A stretch of DNA of 64,000 nt from Priapulus caudatus. Its lineage: Eukaryota. The position numbers were made by a program, and so were the translations under genes. Below are positions 23,741 through 38,400 of the stretch, one piece after another. Numbering within the stretch: position 1 is the first letter of the stretch; every line of letters starts with the position of its first letter. The notes under the pieces were generated by a model. The model had not been told where the DNA came from. It ran no database searches and saw nothing but the letters and a program-made list of their open reading frames with translations. The stretch is taken from positions 354,200-418,199 of the forward strand of contig NW_014577092.1 in the NCBI RefSeq assembly GCF_000485595.1. Reading direction: 5' to 3'.

Positions 23741-26700
23741 GTAGTAGTAGTAGATCTAAAGATAAATGGATATGTTATCTGCTGTACATTGCTGCAGAAC
23801 ATGATTTTAAAACACTAAACGCATTATTGTGTAAAATGTTTTTTGTTGTTGTTGTCATGTATAGCAAACTGGACCCCTGATGCTATCAAATCAGGAGTCC
23901 AACAAGAAAATAATGAGTATTTGACTCTGGGCTCGCATTAATTTCGATCCCTGCTGTGATGTAGTGGTGTATGTTGAGGCTTTAAATAGAAAAATGTATG
24001 AAGTATGCAATGGAGTGATAAGAGTTCTTTAGCGTGACTGGATCTTCTTTGTACAATATTCCTAATTTTAGACAAAGTCCCCAACCTCTACAAACATCAG
24101 AGTTTGATGGACTATAAAAACCGTTGTGTTCAGCGGGAGTTAAGGTTTAAAGGTCGGAAGTTAAGAGATCTAGCCTGTAAGCAGTTTGCAATCATGTTTT
24201 TTTACCATTCCCTCTGAGCAGCCCGCGTCTTATTCGATTGTTAATGATGACAGTTCAAACTTGCTTTCGTGAGCCTGGGTGATGAGTGCATAATGAGCAA
24301 GCGCATGCGTTTTCACTTCTAATTGAGTAACATGACTCGAACTCACTCAGCTGTTGACAGGGGGATCAGTTCATTCTGCAGCCTCTTACCCCTTGCTCGT
24401 GCATCAGTTCATATAAGGATCACGTGAGTGAAACCTGTTTATTAATAATGTATAAAAAAAGACGTCTGAAAATTTTGTCTGTGCCACTGTTCTAATGAAC
24501 TAGTAAACAGCTTCGTGTTTTGATTTCATATTTATCACTGTTGTGATTTTTTTTAGCGTAGATGTGATGGATTTTCTGTTTCGATCTGGTTACACTCTAA
24601 GCCAACCACTCTTTAGCATAATCTCCTGATAATATCAGGAGTACCATAATGAACAAACTTGTAATAATTATGGTAATCCTCTTACTACTATAGAGTTATC
24701 ATTCCCATTGAGTTATTACTACTTTGTACAGCTTATTTGTAATGGGTATAAAGTCCAGTACATATTGGTAGTGTTTAATTTTTCTCTCGACAAACATCAA
24801 ACGCAGAACAAGCTAGGTTTCTATAAATTTTGTTTTACAATAATGAGTTTTGTCACAGTATACAGTAATACACATGTCACCAATCAACATATAACAAATC
24901 AAACTCAATTTATACAGGTTAATACTACATCTTTGCCAGTAATACACAATAGTAACTGGCCCTAACACTTGCACTGTAAATCTCTGCTGAGAACACCCCC
25001 CGCATTTCGACCAGGTCTTACGCTAACTAGCCGCCCTGTACATGGTGGTGTATCATCGGCATAGATTTACAGGCATATGTGCGATAGAAGACATCGTCAC
25101 GCGATCCCACTATAAAAGTGACAGGAATGTATGTACGCAGCTAGAAAATGAGAAATTCTCGTGTGGGAGAGCGTGTTGTAATTCGCGCCATCGATCGCCG
25201 GGTATTTTACTGACTGTAGAGTACGTTCGGAGGCCGATCGCCTTACGCAGGGAGCGGGGGGAAGGGGAGTGGGTCACCAGCCCTCGGACACGTGTGCACG
25301 CGCCATCAGACGGCGTACCTGATGGCTGATACCCACACCTAAACGCCGTCGTTGACCGGATCTACCTTTGGCCGACATCACCAGCGGCAACAACAACATC
25401 AACATCGTCATCAACAACAACAACATCAACAACAACGCATACGGAAATGTAAACATGAAACGTACACAGAAAACGGCTTAAACTCTGTAAACAAAAAAAT
25501 GTTTGACTCGTATGTGGAACACCAGAGTTGAAAACGCACAGCACGTTCCGTATAAGATATCAGCCAAACTGCTGCAAGGAGTAACAGGTCGAGTACATAA
25601 TCTGGGAAACATCAGGTACATACAGCATAAGCATTTCTTTGCTCGCCTGTAAGAAAACCTTATGCTCCGGGGGCGATGAATACCACACGAACATTTTGAG
25701 TCGGTACGATGAAACGCTATTGGATTAGGTATGATGACAAGCTATACAACGAAACCACGCGTTACAACGTTGACTCTCGTTAACTCGCAAACACCATAGG
25801 CGACCACATCCAGTTGGGTTTAAATTCGACCACATTCGATGTCGCACAGGAAGAACGAGGAATTTTTAGCTAGTCAGCTACTAGATAGCGCCGGGGATTG
25901 AGACAGCTTGCAGCAGTGAGACCCATGTTTAATCCGATCAGCGTGAACGGCTGAACTTAAAAGAGAAAACAAAATTCAACAACAACAACAACGATAGCAA
26001 TTACAACCGCGTGCATTATATAGAAGTCAACACAGCATGATCCTGTATTTCTATACTAAAATAATAATAATATAATAATAATTATAATAATAGTCGAACA
26101 GAACTGAAGTAAAATTACTCGGGTATTCTGCCAGCATTTAGCTTCCGCTTTCATCGTAATTGCGTTAAAAACTAAATGTACACTTTCTAAGTATTTACAC
26201 ATAACCTTATCATCGGTGTAATCGCATGTCTATCGCCATCATGCAGCAGTAGTATCTCTCGTCGTGCCGAGAGCTTGGTCGTTACCTATATATACTAACA
26301 CAACCCACTGCGTGTTATATCATACAGAGAGTACGTGTGTTGGCATCCCTAGCACTCACTACACAGTCTCGATTGTCCCGCAATACGTAAAGCGAAACAA
26401 TGAAGGCTATACAGTACTAGAGCTGGCGTGTATAGATATCATATACGGGACGTACAACGGCAGGGCGACAAACTTGATTATAATATACAAGGTCCAAATT
26501 GGCCGCCATATTTTACACGTATATGCACCTAACTATCACATCACATCGACCATAATGCTGCTCAGCGAACAGACGACGCAGTATATCCGCATAAGGGTAA
26601 TCAACTAGGGTAATTATATACAGAACGTCAACCAACGTCAGCTAACGCGAACTCTGCGTTTGTTTTCAAAGGCAGTCTATTAGTGTTGGCAACGACGTCA

Positions 26701-27339
26701 TAATACAGCACTTGTTTTGGGTCCTGCATCTATAACCGCGCCCAGGATATAGCGGCGTATCCTAACGCATATATACATGAATATATATACATGTATATAT
26801 GATTATATATATATATATATATAGATATATGCATGTAATGAGGATTGGAGTTCATAACCGTAGCAGATGATCACGCCGCGACGCTTTTAAACGTGCTTGC
26901 GGCTTTTGCTTTAACAGCTTAGCATTTAATGACCTGTTTCTACCGGCACGAGGAGCCCGCCATTATATAAAGATCTTCCTAGTCTTTTATCAACAGTGCC
27001 GTCGACGAGCGGTCCAGCCTTCTACGATCGCGTGTGGAAACCGTAGTATTACACTCACATAGATGGTAATGTACACAGTGTGTGCACGCGCGTACGTGCG
27101 TGTGTATCTGCGTGTGTAATATTAAAGAAAATTTCTTACACTCTTCGTACAATGTTATGCATTCAATATTAGGTTCTGGAATGTTTTCTACGATGGTAAC
27201 TTACACACGGAGAGAGTGTGGAGAGTGCGAACACACTCAACACAGCGAGAGAGAGAAAAGGAAGAGCCTGAGCGGGAGGGGAAGGGCGAGAGCGAGATCT
27301 GGATCGAGAAAAGGAGAGAGATAGAGCCAGCGAGAGAGC

Positions 27340-27393
<54 letters not shown>

Positions 27394-28073
27394 GAGAAGA
27401 GAATGATATAGATATAAAAGAGATGAGGGGGAGAGGGAGAAAGAGAGAGCGCGCGCGCGAGAGAGAGAAGAGTGATATAGATATAAAAAAGAGAGGAGAT
27501 GGCGAGATCTAGAATGAGAGAGGGGTCCCGACAGAGACAGTGAGAGAAGGGGAGAAAAAGCACGCACGCGACAGCGAGCACACGAGAGGAGGAGACTGCG
27601 ATGTGAAACTGGCTTCTCGTTTATGTAAAAATACACAACTTCCGAATATGGAACTTTATTTACTGTACATGAATTATCAACGCAAGCTAATTAAAATCAA
27701 ACAAAGATGAATTGTGTTTGCGTAATGGAAAAGCTTTTTGCTACGCAGCTGTTGGCGGTATACAGATCTTTGCCGGAGGTTGATGATAAGGACAGATGCT
27801 ACCGGCAAGGTTCTTCATGCAATATTTAGCAGTCATCACAGTTACGCTGTATGATGCACGTGTGAATATGCGTTTTGATAGTGGTTATTAGGAGGTGAAA
27901 GTACGTGAGCGCGAATGCGTGAGAGTACGCGTACGAGAGAGAGATATTGAAGAACAGAAGGAAAGAAAGATAGAGAGATCGAGCTAAATAGAGAGAGGGA
28001 GAGAGAGACAGCGCGGAGAGAGAGAGAGTGAGAAAGAGAGAGATAGAGCAATTGACAGACACACACACACACA

Positions 28074-28113
<40 letters not shown>

Positions 28114-28224
28114 CTCACGCACGCGCGCGCGCGCGCGCTCACGCACAACCGCTCGCGCGCGGACACACAAGCGCACGAACAGTCACGCACGCGCACGCAC
28201 ACGCGCACGCACAGAGAGGGAGAG

Positions 28225-28547
<323 letters not shown>

Positions 28548-28899
28548 CAGGGTCTAGGCAGGTCACGGGAGTGAGGAGGCTCAGAGCACTTTTTTATACG
28601 ATCATGATCGCGTATCATGCATGTAGCTGGAGATATTTAGTTAGAGCCGTATTACATAACTACGCATGCGCGTTTTCATTCAAAATAAAACGTTTCCGCA
28701 TCACACGCCACTCTACTCATGATCTTTTGTACTGCCTCATTAAACATGCTACATTCAACATAATCCAGGCTCATGATCATCCGACGTCTAGATAAGCACA
28801 AGGTATCCATCTCTCCTGAAGACCTGCACAGCGTATCCATCATGCACGCGTGTAAATAACACACGAACCATCCATCTGCCATGAATATATAGGTGCAGC

Positions 28900-29180
28900 A
28901 GGTACCTATCTCGAATGCAGAGATATGCACAAGATATCCATCTTGCACGCCGATAGGCACAAGGTATCCATCTTCCATGCATATGCATATATACACAAGG
29001 TATCCATCATCTTGCGCGGTGATATTCACAATGTATCCATCTTCTGTGCAGATAACCACAATGTATCCATCTTCTGTGCAGATCTCCACAGTGTATCCAT
29101 CTTACCAGCATATATGCACCAGGTATCCATATTACATGCAGATACGCACCAGATATCTATCTTGCACTCGGTATCTGCAC
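28900..29180. repeat. degenerate 30-bp tandem repeat (gtatccatcttctgtgcagat...), also at ~33020-33300
   Basis: gtatccatc recurs at ~30-nt spacing. Confidence 0.75.
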
Positions 29181-30611
29181 ACAGTAAGCGTCACAGGATC
29201 GTTGGCGTCATTCGTAGACGGTAGCTTGTTGCAGTTGGAAGATGCTCGCTACGCGTCTACCTCAAACACGACGAGAGCCGAGGTATCCTTTATAGGAGAG
29301 TAATTTCTCACACGCCAGCCGGTGGCTAGTACAACCGTGACCGTTTTTGACGAAAAGTTCCCAAACTTATTGATTCCGCTTCTACAGCCGTGTGCACACA
29401 CAGATACGCACGCACGCGCGCACGCACGCACACACACGATAGAGCTGTATTATGATGAAACGTACAGCGCACGGTTGACGCAGAAGATTCCATACTCGAA
29501 TAGGCATATGTATATGACTATATACACACATACATCCATAATATTACTACTCACTGGGATAACTGCTGAACTAGAGTTTGAGTGACTATATATGCGATCA
29601 CAAGACACAGACCGGCCCATCTGTGTGTCTATATATATGTATATATATATAAGTTCACTAGCCACACATTTGACACGGAGTTTCTTTGCCATCTTCCTTA
29701 TCCAGCACATACGCGAAGAATATACTGATGACGTTGGCAAGTGTGCGCATCATTGCTGATATAACTGCTGACACGAGGACTCCTCAATGTCTCTCTACCA
29801 CCACGTGCCGCCATGGCGTGCGCTAGGACATCACTGTTGTCAGCCCAACACGCCCGCATCCGCGAACACAGGTATTCCGTACCTTTACCCAGCATCCTTG
29901 TCTCAATGGACATCACATCCAACACCCTGCAGCTGTGGTGGCAAATACATATTCGCGGTAGTGTCAACCGTGAGTTTGTCTGCGCGACACAGCGTTTTCC
30001 TCACAGCATGTCAACGACACCTGGCGGTGGATTGATTTCGTGAGTCACAGCAGGACCGCAACAGATCCCGCGCGCGTATAGAACTCATCCACGGTTCACT
30101 CCCGAATCTGTGGTCGTGAGAAGCACGCTGCATCGCTGCCCCGGCGGTGGCGTTAGTTACAGTCACGATCGTGTGCTATGTAGTTAGAGATAGACTTCGC
30201 CAGGCGTTCACTCTCGCCCAGTCTGTCGTAGCGCGAATTGCTGCGTAGGCCGTGCACTGATGAAATCAATCTATACGGGACAGATAGCTGCCCCCCTTTC
30301 CACTGTCGCAAACGCAGTCCATATTCCGCTAGCTACGCAGCCTGCACAAAGCAGTATCTCCGTGACGCAGGCATCCACTCACGCGCGTGTGCGTAAGTAC
30401 ATGTACGTACGCGCGTTTGCACGTGTATCCGCGGCAGGGTTTCTACAGCAGGAGGATGAGACGGGGATACCTCGTGTCAGTCAGTGCTGTGCTGCCGGCG
30501 CAGAAGTATATCGGCGAGCAGGTAGGAGATAGGCGAGTGAAGCCAGCTTGTTTGCTCTCATGTTGCTAGCAGGCTTGCTCTCAGGTTGCCGTGCACATGA
30601 ATATATTACGT

Positions 30612-31035
30612 GGCACACCCACGTTGGAGTCACAGCGTCTCAGAATTTTATAGCACACCCACGTCAGAGTCACAGTGTCTAATAATTCTTCAGAATTCCT
30701 CAGCGCACCCACGTCGGAGTCACAGCGTCTCAGAATTCCTCAGCGCACCCACGTCGGAGTCACAGCGTCTCAGAATTCCTTCAGCACGCCCGCGTCGGAG
30801 TCACAGCGTCTCAGAATCCTTCAGCACGTCCACGTCGGAGTCACAGCGTCTCAGAATCCTTCAGCACGCCCACGTCGGAGACACAGCGTCTCAGAATTCC
30901 TCAGCGCACCCACGTCAGAGACACAGCGTCTCAGAATTCCTCAGCGCACCCACGTCAGAGACACAGCGTCTCAGAATTCTTCAGCGCACCCACGTCGGAG
31001 TCACTGCGTCTCAGAATTCTTCAGCACGCCCGCGT
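30612..31035. repeat. 40-bp VNTR, short allele, in the putative PCGF 3'UTR
   Basis: Unit cagcgcacccacgtcggagtcacagcgtctcagaattcct. Confidence 0.92.
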
Positions 31036-31156
31036 CAGCGATGTCGCAGCACAGCTTCGCTAGCCTCTCCGCGGCACACAGTGCAGGACAGTTGCGAGAT
31101 CGCCACCATGCACTCGATATAGATGTAGAGATCTAGATGTAGATACGCATGCCGAG

Positions 31157-32597
31157 CTAGATGGCGCACTCGCCCTGCGACGTCACGCTCGGGCTGTCCT
31201 CGCGGTCGAGATCGACCTGCAGCTCGCCTGTGATCACCGTGCTGATGCTGCTCGTCTCGCTGTGATTGCTCTCGTCCCCGCGTGCGACCCCCGCCGCCGA
31301 CCCGGCCGTGTCGCGCGCCGCGTGCACGGCGCCGCAGATGCTGTAGGACTCGCGCGGTGGCGGGAGCGGAGGCGGGGGCGGCGGGGGTGGAGGGTGCGGC
31401 GCCAGCGCGCGGCCGCCGCTGTTCAGCATGATCATCGCGTCGGCGCACTCCTTGATCTTCTCCTTCTCGGCGTCGTCGACGCTGCCGTCCAGCACGCTGT
31501 GGTGACCGTTGGGCAGCGACGGCGTGGCGGCGGTCGGCACCTGCGGGAGAAGCGAGTCACTGCCGGCGTTCGACGCTGCGTCGCTGCCCGCGTCCGCCTC
31601 CCCGCTCCCACCGCCGTTCGTCTCCTCACTCGTGTTCGTCGTCTTGTCGACGAGGCCGGGTGACGGCGCCTGCGACGCCCCCGCAAGGTCCTCGTGATTC
31701 ACCTGCACCTTCATCTCCTTCAGGTCTTTCATCTCCTTTCCGTCGGCCGCAGCGGCGGGCGCGGTCACGCCGTTTGTCGGCGCAGCGGCCGCAGCGTCGT
31801 CGTCTCCGACCGCGTTGACTGGCAGGTCGTCCGTCTGACACTCGCGGCTGTCGGATTTCGGCCGGCCGTTGGCTGCGGCGGCGGCGGGGTCGCTGCGTGG
31901 GCCGCCGCCGATCTCGACCGGCTTACATCGCTCGATCGCTCGCTCCAGCTTGTCGGCCTTCCACTCGAGCCGGTCGATCTTGCGGTCAATGCTCGTGCGG
32001 TGCTTGTGCCGGTGGTCGGTCTTGTCGACGCGCTCCGGCCGCCGCTCGCTGATGTCGGTCAGCCAGTTCTTGATCTTGCCGCGGTCGGGACTGCGCTGCT
32101 TCGTGCTGCCCTTCTGCTTCGGCCACTCGGGGCTGCGGCGCCGGTCTCCGTTTCCCGACGGCGCGGGCGCGCCATCCGGCGGACTCTTCCGCTTCTCGGG
32201 CTTGCACAGCTCGGGGCTCTTCTTCTTCTCGATCGTCTTCAAGGTCTCCGGCAGCTTGATGATGAGCTTCTCGAGCCGCTCGGGCGGCCGCTCGCCCTCG
32301 CTGCTCTGCACCACCGCGTAGTCCCCCGGGCTCTTGATCACCTGCCACGTCGGCTTGTCGCTCAACTTTGGCGGCGAGATCTTCAGCTTCTCGATGACGG
32401 GCGGCGATGCGACGGCGCCACGCGCCGCGTCGGCCGCCTTCATCACCGACCACTCGCCGGGACGCTTCGACTTCAGCTGCCACGTCGGGCTCTTCGATTT
32501 CTCGTGCGGACGCGGGAGAACCGACTCGGGAGGACTCTTCCCGTGCGGACGCGGGAGACCCGACTCGGGAGGACTCTTCCCATGCGGACGCGGGAGA
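31157..32597 (-). CDS. near-identical second copy of the 3' part of the BMI1/Psc-like terminal exon (probable allelic haplotig)
   Basis: Matches ~35434-36873 apart from a few substitutions; truncated by the N-gap at 32598. Confidence 0.7.
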
Positions 32598-32607
32598 NNN
32601 NNNNNNN

Positions 32608-32665
<58 letters not shown>

Positions 32666-34729
32666 CAGGGTCTAGGCAGGTCACGGGAGTGAGGAGGCTC
32701 AGAGCACTTTTTTATACGATCATGATCGCGTATCATGCATGTAGCTGGAGATATTTAGTTAGAGCCGTATTACATAACTACGCATGCGCGTTTTCATTCA
32801 AAATAAAACGTTTCCGCATCACACGCCACTCTACTCATGATCTTTTGTACTGCCTCATTAAACATGCTACATTCAACATAATCCAGGCTCATGATCATCC
32901 GACGTCTAGATAAGCACAAGGTATCCATCTCTCCTGAAGACCTGCACAGCGTATCCATCATGCACGCGTGTAAATAACACACGAACCATCCATCTGCCAT
33001 GAATATATAGGTGCAGCAGGTACCTATCTCGAATGCAGAGATATGCACAAGATATCCATCTTGCACGCCGATAGGCACAAGGTATCCATCTTCCATGCAT
33101 ATGCATATATACACAAGGTATCCATCATCTTGCGCGGTGATATTCACAATGTATCCATCTTCTGTGCAGATAACCACAATGTATCCATCTTCTGTGCAGA
33201 TCTCCAGAGTGTATCCATCTTACCAGCATATATGCACCAGGTATCCATATTACATGCAGATACGCACCAGATATCTATCTTGCACTCGGTATCTGCACAC
33301 AGTAAGCGTCACAGGATCGTTGGCGTCATTCGTAGACGGTAGCTTGTTGCAGTTGGAAGATGCTCGCTACGCGTCTACCTCGAACACGACGAGAGCCGAG
33401 GTATCCTTTATAGGAGAGTAATTTCTCACACGCCAGCCGGTGGCTAGTACAACCGTGACCGTTTTTGACGAAAAGTTCCCAAACTTATTGATTCCGCTTC
33501 TACAGCCGTGTGCACACACAGATACGCACGCACGCGCGCACGCACGCACACACACGATAGAGCTGTATTATGATGAAACGTACAGCGCACGGTTGACGCA
33601 GAAGATTCCATACTCGAATAGGCGTATGTATATGACTATATACACACATACATCCATAATATTACTACTCACTGGGATAACTGCTGAACTAGAGTTTGAG
33701 TGACTATATATGCGATCACAAGACACAGACCGGCCCATCTGTGTGTCTATATATATGTATATATATATAAGTTCACTAGCCACACATTTGACACGGAGTT
33801 TCTTTGCCATCTTCATTATCCAGCACAGACGCGAAGAATATACTGATGACGTTGGCAAGTGTGCGCATCATTGCTGATATAACTGCTGACACGAGGACTC
33901 CTCAATGTCTCTCTACCACCACGTGCCGCCATGGCGTGCGCTAGGACATCACTGTTGTCAGCCCAACACGCCCGCATCCGCGAACACAGGTATTCCGTAC
34001 CTTTACCCAGCATCCTTGTCTCAATGGACATCACATCCAACACCCTGCAGCTGTGGTGGCAAATACATATTCGCGGTAGTGTCAACCGTGAGTTTGTCTG
34101 CGCGACACAGCGTTTTCCTCACAGCATGTCAACGACACCTGGCGGTGGATTGATTTCGTGAGTCACAGCAGGACCGCAACAGATCCCGCGCGCGTATAGA
34201 ACTCATCCACGGTTCACTCCCGAATCTGTGGTCGTGAGAAGCACGCTGCATCGCTGCCCCGGCGGTGGCGTTAGTTACAGTCACGATCGTGTGCTATGTA
34301 GTTAGAGATAGACTTCGCCAGGCGTTCACTCTCGCCCAGTCTGTCGTAGCACGAATTGCTGCGTAGGCCGTGCACTGATGAAATCAATCTATACGGGACA
34401 GATAGCTGCCCCCCTTTCCACTGTCGCAAACGCAGTCCATATTCCGCTAGCTACGCAGCCTGCACAAAGCAGTATCTCCGTGACGCAGGCATCCACTCAC
34501 GCGCGTGTGCGTAAGTACATGTACGTACGCGCGTTTGCACGTGTATCCGCGGCAGGGTTTCTACAGCAGGAGGATGAGACGGGGATACCTCGTGTCAGTC
34601 AGTGCTGTGCTGCCGGCGCAGAAGTATATCGGCGAGCAGGTAGGAGACAGGCGAGTGAAGCCAGCTTGTTTGCTCTCATGTTGCTAGCAGGCTTGCTCTC
34701 AGGTTGCCGTGCACATGAATATATTACGT

Positions 34730-35312
34730 GGCACACCCACGTCGGAGTCACAGCGTCTCAGAATTTTATAGCACACCCACGTCGGAGTCACAGTGTCTAA
34801 TAATTCTTCAGAATTCCTCAGCGCACCCACGTCGGAGTCACAGCGTCTCAGAATCCTTCAGCACGTCCACGTCGGAGACACAGCGTCTCAGAATCCTTCA
34901 GCACGTCCACGTCGGAGTCACAGCGTCTCAGAATTCCTCAGCGCACCCACGTCAGAGTCACAGCGTCTCAGAATCCTTCAGCACGTCCACGTCGGAGACA
35001 CAGCGTCTCAGAATTCCTCAGCGCACCCACGTCGGAGACACAGCGTCTCAGAATTCCTCAGTGCACCCACGTCAGAGACACAGCGTCTCAGAATTCCTCA
35101 GCGCACCCACGTCGGAGTCACAGCGTCTCAGAATCCTTCAGCACGCCCACGTCGGAGACACAGCGTCTCAGAATTCCTCAGCGCACCCACGTCAGAGACA
35201 CAGCGTCTCAGAATTCCTCAGCGCACCCACGTCGGAGACACAGCGTCTCAGAATTCCTCAGCGCACCCACGTCGGAGTCACTGCGTCTCAGAATTCTTCA
35301 GCACGCCCGCGT
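34730..35312. repeat. 40-bp VNTR, long allele (about four more units)
   Basis: Same unit; duplication offset grows by 159 nt across the array. Confidence 0.92.
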
Positions 35313-35433
35313 CAGCGATGTCGCAGCACAGCTTCGCTAGCCTCCCCGCGGCACACAGTGCAGGACAGTTGCGAGATCGCCACCATGCACTCGATGTAGA
35401 TGTAGAGATCTAGATGTAGATACGCATGTCGAG

Positions 35434-38400
35434 CTAGATGGCGCACTCGCCCTGCGACGTCACGCTCGGGCTGTCCTCGCGGTCGAGATCGACCTGCAGC
35501 TCGCCTGTGATCACCGTGCTGATGCTGCTCGTCTCGCTGTGATTGCTCTCGTCCCCGCGTGCGACCCCCGCCGCCGACCCGGCCGTGTCGCGCGCCGCGT
35601 GCACGGCGCCGCAGATGCTGTAGGACTCGCGCGGTGGCGGGGGCGGCGGCGGAGGCGGCGGGGGTGGAGGGTGCGGCGCCAGCGCGCGGCCGCCGCTGTT
35701 CAGCATGATCATCGCGTCGGCGCACTCCTTGATCTTCTCCTTCTCGGCGTCGTCGACGCTGCCGTCCAGCACGCTGTGGTGACCGTTGGGCAGCGACGGC
35801 GTGGCGGCGGTCGGCACCTGCGGGAGAAGCGAGTCACTGCCGGCGTTCGACGCTGCGTCGCTGCCCGCGTCCGCCTCACCGCTCCCACCGCCGTTCGTCT
35901 CCTCACTCGTGTTCGTCGTCTTGTCGACGAGGCCGGGTGACGGCGCCTGCGACGCCCCCGCAAGGTCCTCGTGATTCACCTGCACCTTCATCTCCTTCAG
36001 GTCTTTCATCTCCTTTCCGTCGGCCGCAGCGGCGGGCGCGGTCACTCCGTTTGTCGGCGCAGCGGCCGCAGCGTCGTCGTCTCCGACCGCGTTGACCGGC
36101 AGGTCGTCCGTCTGACACTCGCGGCTGTCGGATTTCGGCCGGCCGTTGGCTGCGGCGGCGGCGGGGTCGCTGCGTGGGCCGCCGCCGATCTCGACCGGCT
36201 TACATCGCTCGATCGCTCGCTCCAGCTTGTCGGCCTTCCACTCGAGCCGGTCGATCTTGCGGTCGATGCTCGTGCGGTGCTTGTGCCGGTGGTCGGTCTT
36301 GTCGACGCGCTCCGGCCGCCGCTCGCTGATGTCGGTCAGCCAGTTCTTGATCTTGCCGCGGTCGGGACTGCGCTGCTTCGTGCTGCCCTTCTGCTTCGGC
36401 CACTCGGGGCTGCGGCGCCGGTCTCCGTTTCCCGACGGCGCGGGCGCGCCATCCGGCGGACTCTTCCGCTTCTCGGGCTTGCACAGCTCGGGGCTCTTCT
36501 TCTTCTCGATCGTCTTCAAGGTCTCCGGCAGCTTGATGATGAGCTTCTCGAGCCGCTCGGGCGGCCGCTCGCCCTCGCTGCTCTGCACCACCGCGTAGTC
36601 CCCCGGGCTCTTGATCACCTGCCACGTCGGCTTGTCGCTCAACTTTGGCGGCGAGATCTTCAGCTTCTCGATGACGGGCGGCGATGCGACGGCGCCACGC
36701 GCCGCGTCGGCCGCCTTCATCACCGACCACTCGCCGGGACGCTTCGACTTCAGCTGCCACGTCGGGCTCTTCGATTTCTCGTGCGGACGCGGGAGAACCG
36801 ACTCGGGAGGACTCTTCCCGTGCGGACGCGGGAGACCGACTCGGGAGGACTCTTCCCATGCGGACGCGGGAGAACCGACTCGGGAGGACTCTTCCCGTGC
36901 GGACGCAGTAGAACCAACTCGGGACTCTTCCCGTGCGGACGCGGGAGAACCGACTCGGGAGGACTCTTCCCGTGCGGACGCGGGAGAACCGACTCGGGAG
37001 GACTCTTCCCGTGCGGTCGCAGGAGAACCGACTCGGGACTCTTCCCCTGCGGACGCGGGAGAACCGACTCGGGAGGACTCTTCCCGTGCGGACGCGGGAG
37101 AACCGACTCGGGAGGACTCTTCCCATGCGGACGCGGGAGAACTGACTCGGGACTCTTCCCCTGCGTCCGCTGTGGTGTGAACTCGCACACCTTCCCGTGT
37201 GGCCACTGCGTTAAATTGGGAGATTTTCCGTGCGCTCTAGGTGGTTCAGCCCCTTTACCATGAGGTCGCAGCGGATCGGGAGCTTTCTCGTGCGCCCTAG
37301 GTGGTTCAGCCCCTTTCCCGTAAGGTCGCAGCGGATCGGCAAATTTCCCGAGTGACCGTGGTGGTTTGGGAACTTTCATGTGCAATCGTGGTGACTCTGG
37401 AACCTTCCCGTGTGACCATGGTGACTCTGGAACTTTCCCGCACGGCCGTGGTGACTCTGGAACCTTCCCGTGTGACCATGGTGACTCTGGAACCTTCCCG
37501 CACAGCCGTGGTGACTCTGTAACCTTCCCGTGCGGCCATGATGACTCTGGAACCTTCCCGTGCGGCCGTGGTCCCTCTGGACCCTTCCCCTGCATCCTTG
37601 CTGGGATCAACTCAGGAACTTTCCCGTGTGGATGAACCGAATCAGGGCTCTTCCTGTGCAGCCACGGAGCTAAAAATGCAGGAGCTTTCCCGTGCGACTT
37701 CCTGACCGCCTCCTTGCCAGCCCTGACCATGGCCTCCAGGTGGTGATGATGGTGGTGGTAATAGTGGTTCTCCTGCACGTTCGTCGTCGCCGCCATCGTC
37801 ATCGTCGTCACCACCTCCTGTGTCTTTATCATCGGCCATGGGTGCGGACAGATGGTGCTCTCTGCCGCTGGCTTACCAGCGAGCAAATCCGGCGTTCGCG
37901 TCGCCTTCACAGGAGGCTTGAATGCAGAATAAGCGGGCGGGTTCGACGAATGAGCGGGCGGGTGTGACGAATGAGCGGGCGGGTGTGACGAATGAGCGGG
38001 CGGGTGTGACGAATGAGCGGACGTCTTTGATGCTGGAGGAGGCGTGGGCGGTGGCGGCAGGGGCGGGGGAGGAGGAGCAGGCTTTGTCTGCTCGGGGGAG
38101 GACTTTGTCTTGCTGTCCGGCCTCGCCTTGGCAGGCGGCGGAGATGACGACGATGGCGGCGGCGGTGACGGGGCGCGTTTCTCTGCGGGCGACGTCATTG
38201 TCGGCGAGCTTCCCTGGTCGCGCTTCTCGGGAGTCTTGCGCTTCCTTGGCTTGCGCTCCTTCTCGACGGCCTTCCGCTTCACCGCCTTCTCGACATTGCA
38301 GTTCTTGTCGGTGTGCGCGCCGCCGCCGGCCTGAGCCGCCGCCACCTCGCTGCCGAACACCGCGTCATAGCGCATCTTGTCCACCTTGTCCCAGATCGAG

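Noticed and set aside
30612..35312. 40-bp and ~50-bp arrays as CRISPR-like loci
   Set aside because: Head-to-tail units without unique spacers, no cas genes, eukaryotic context
35971..37263. 430-aa plus-strand ORF (and 31694-32692)
   Set aside because: Antisense shadow of a GC-rich exon and its triplet-multiple repeats
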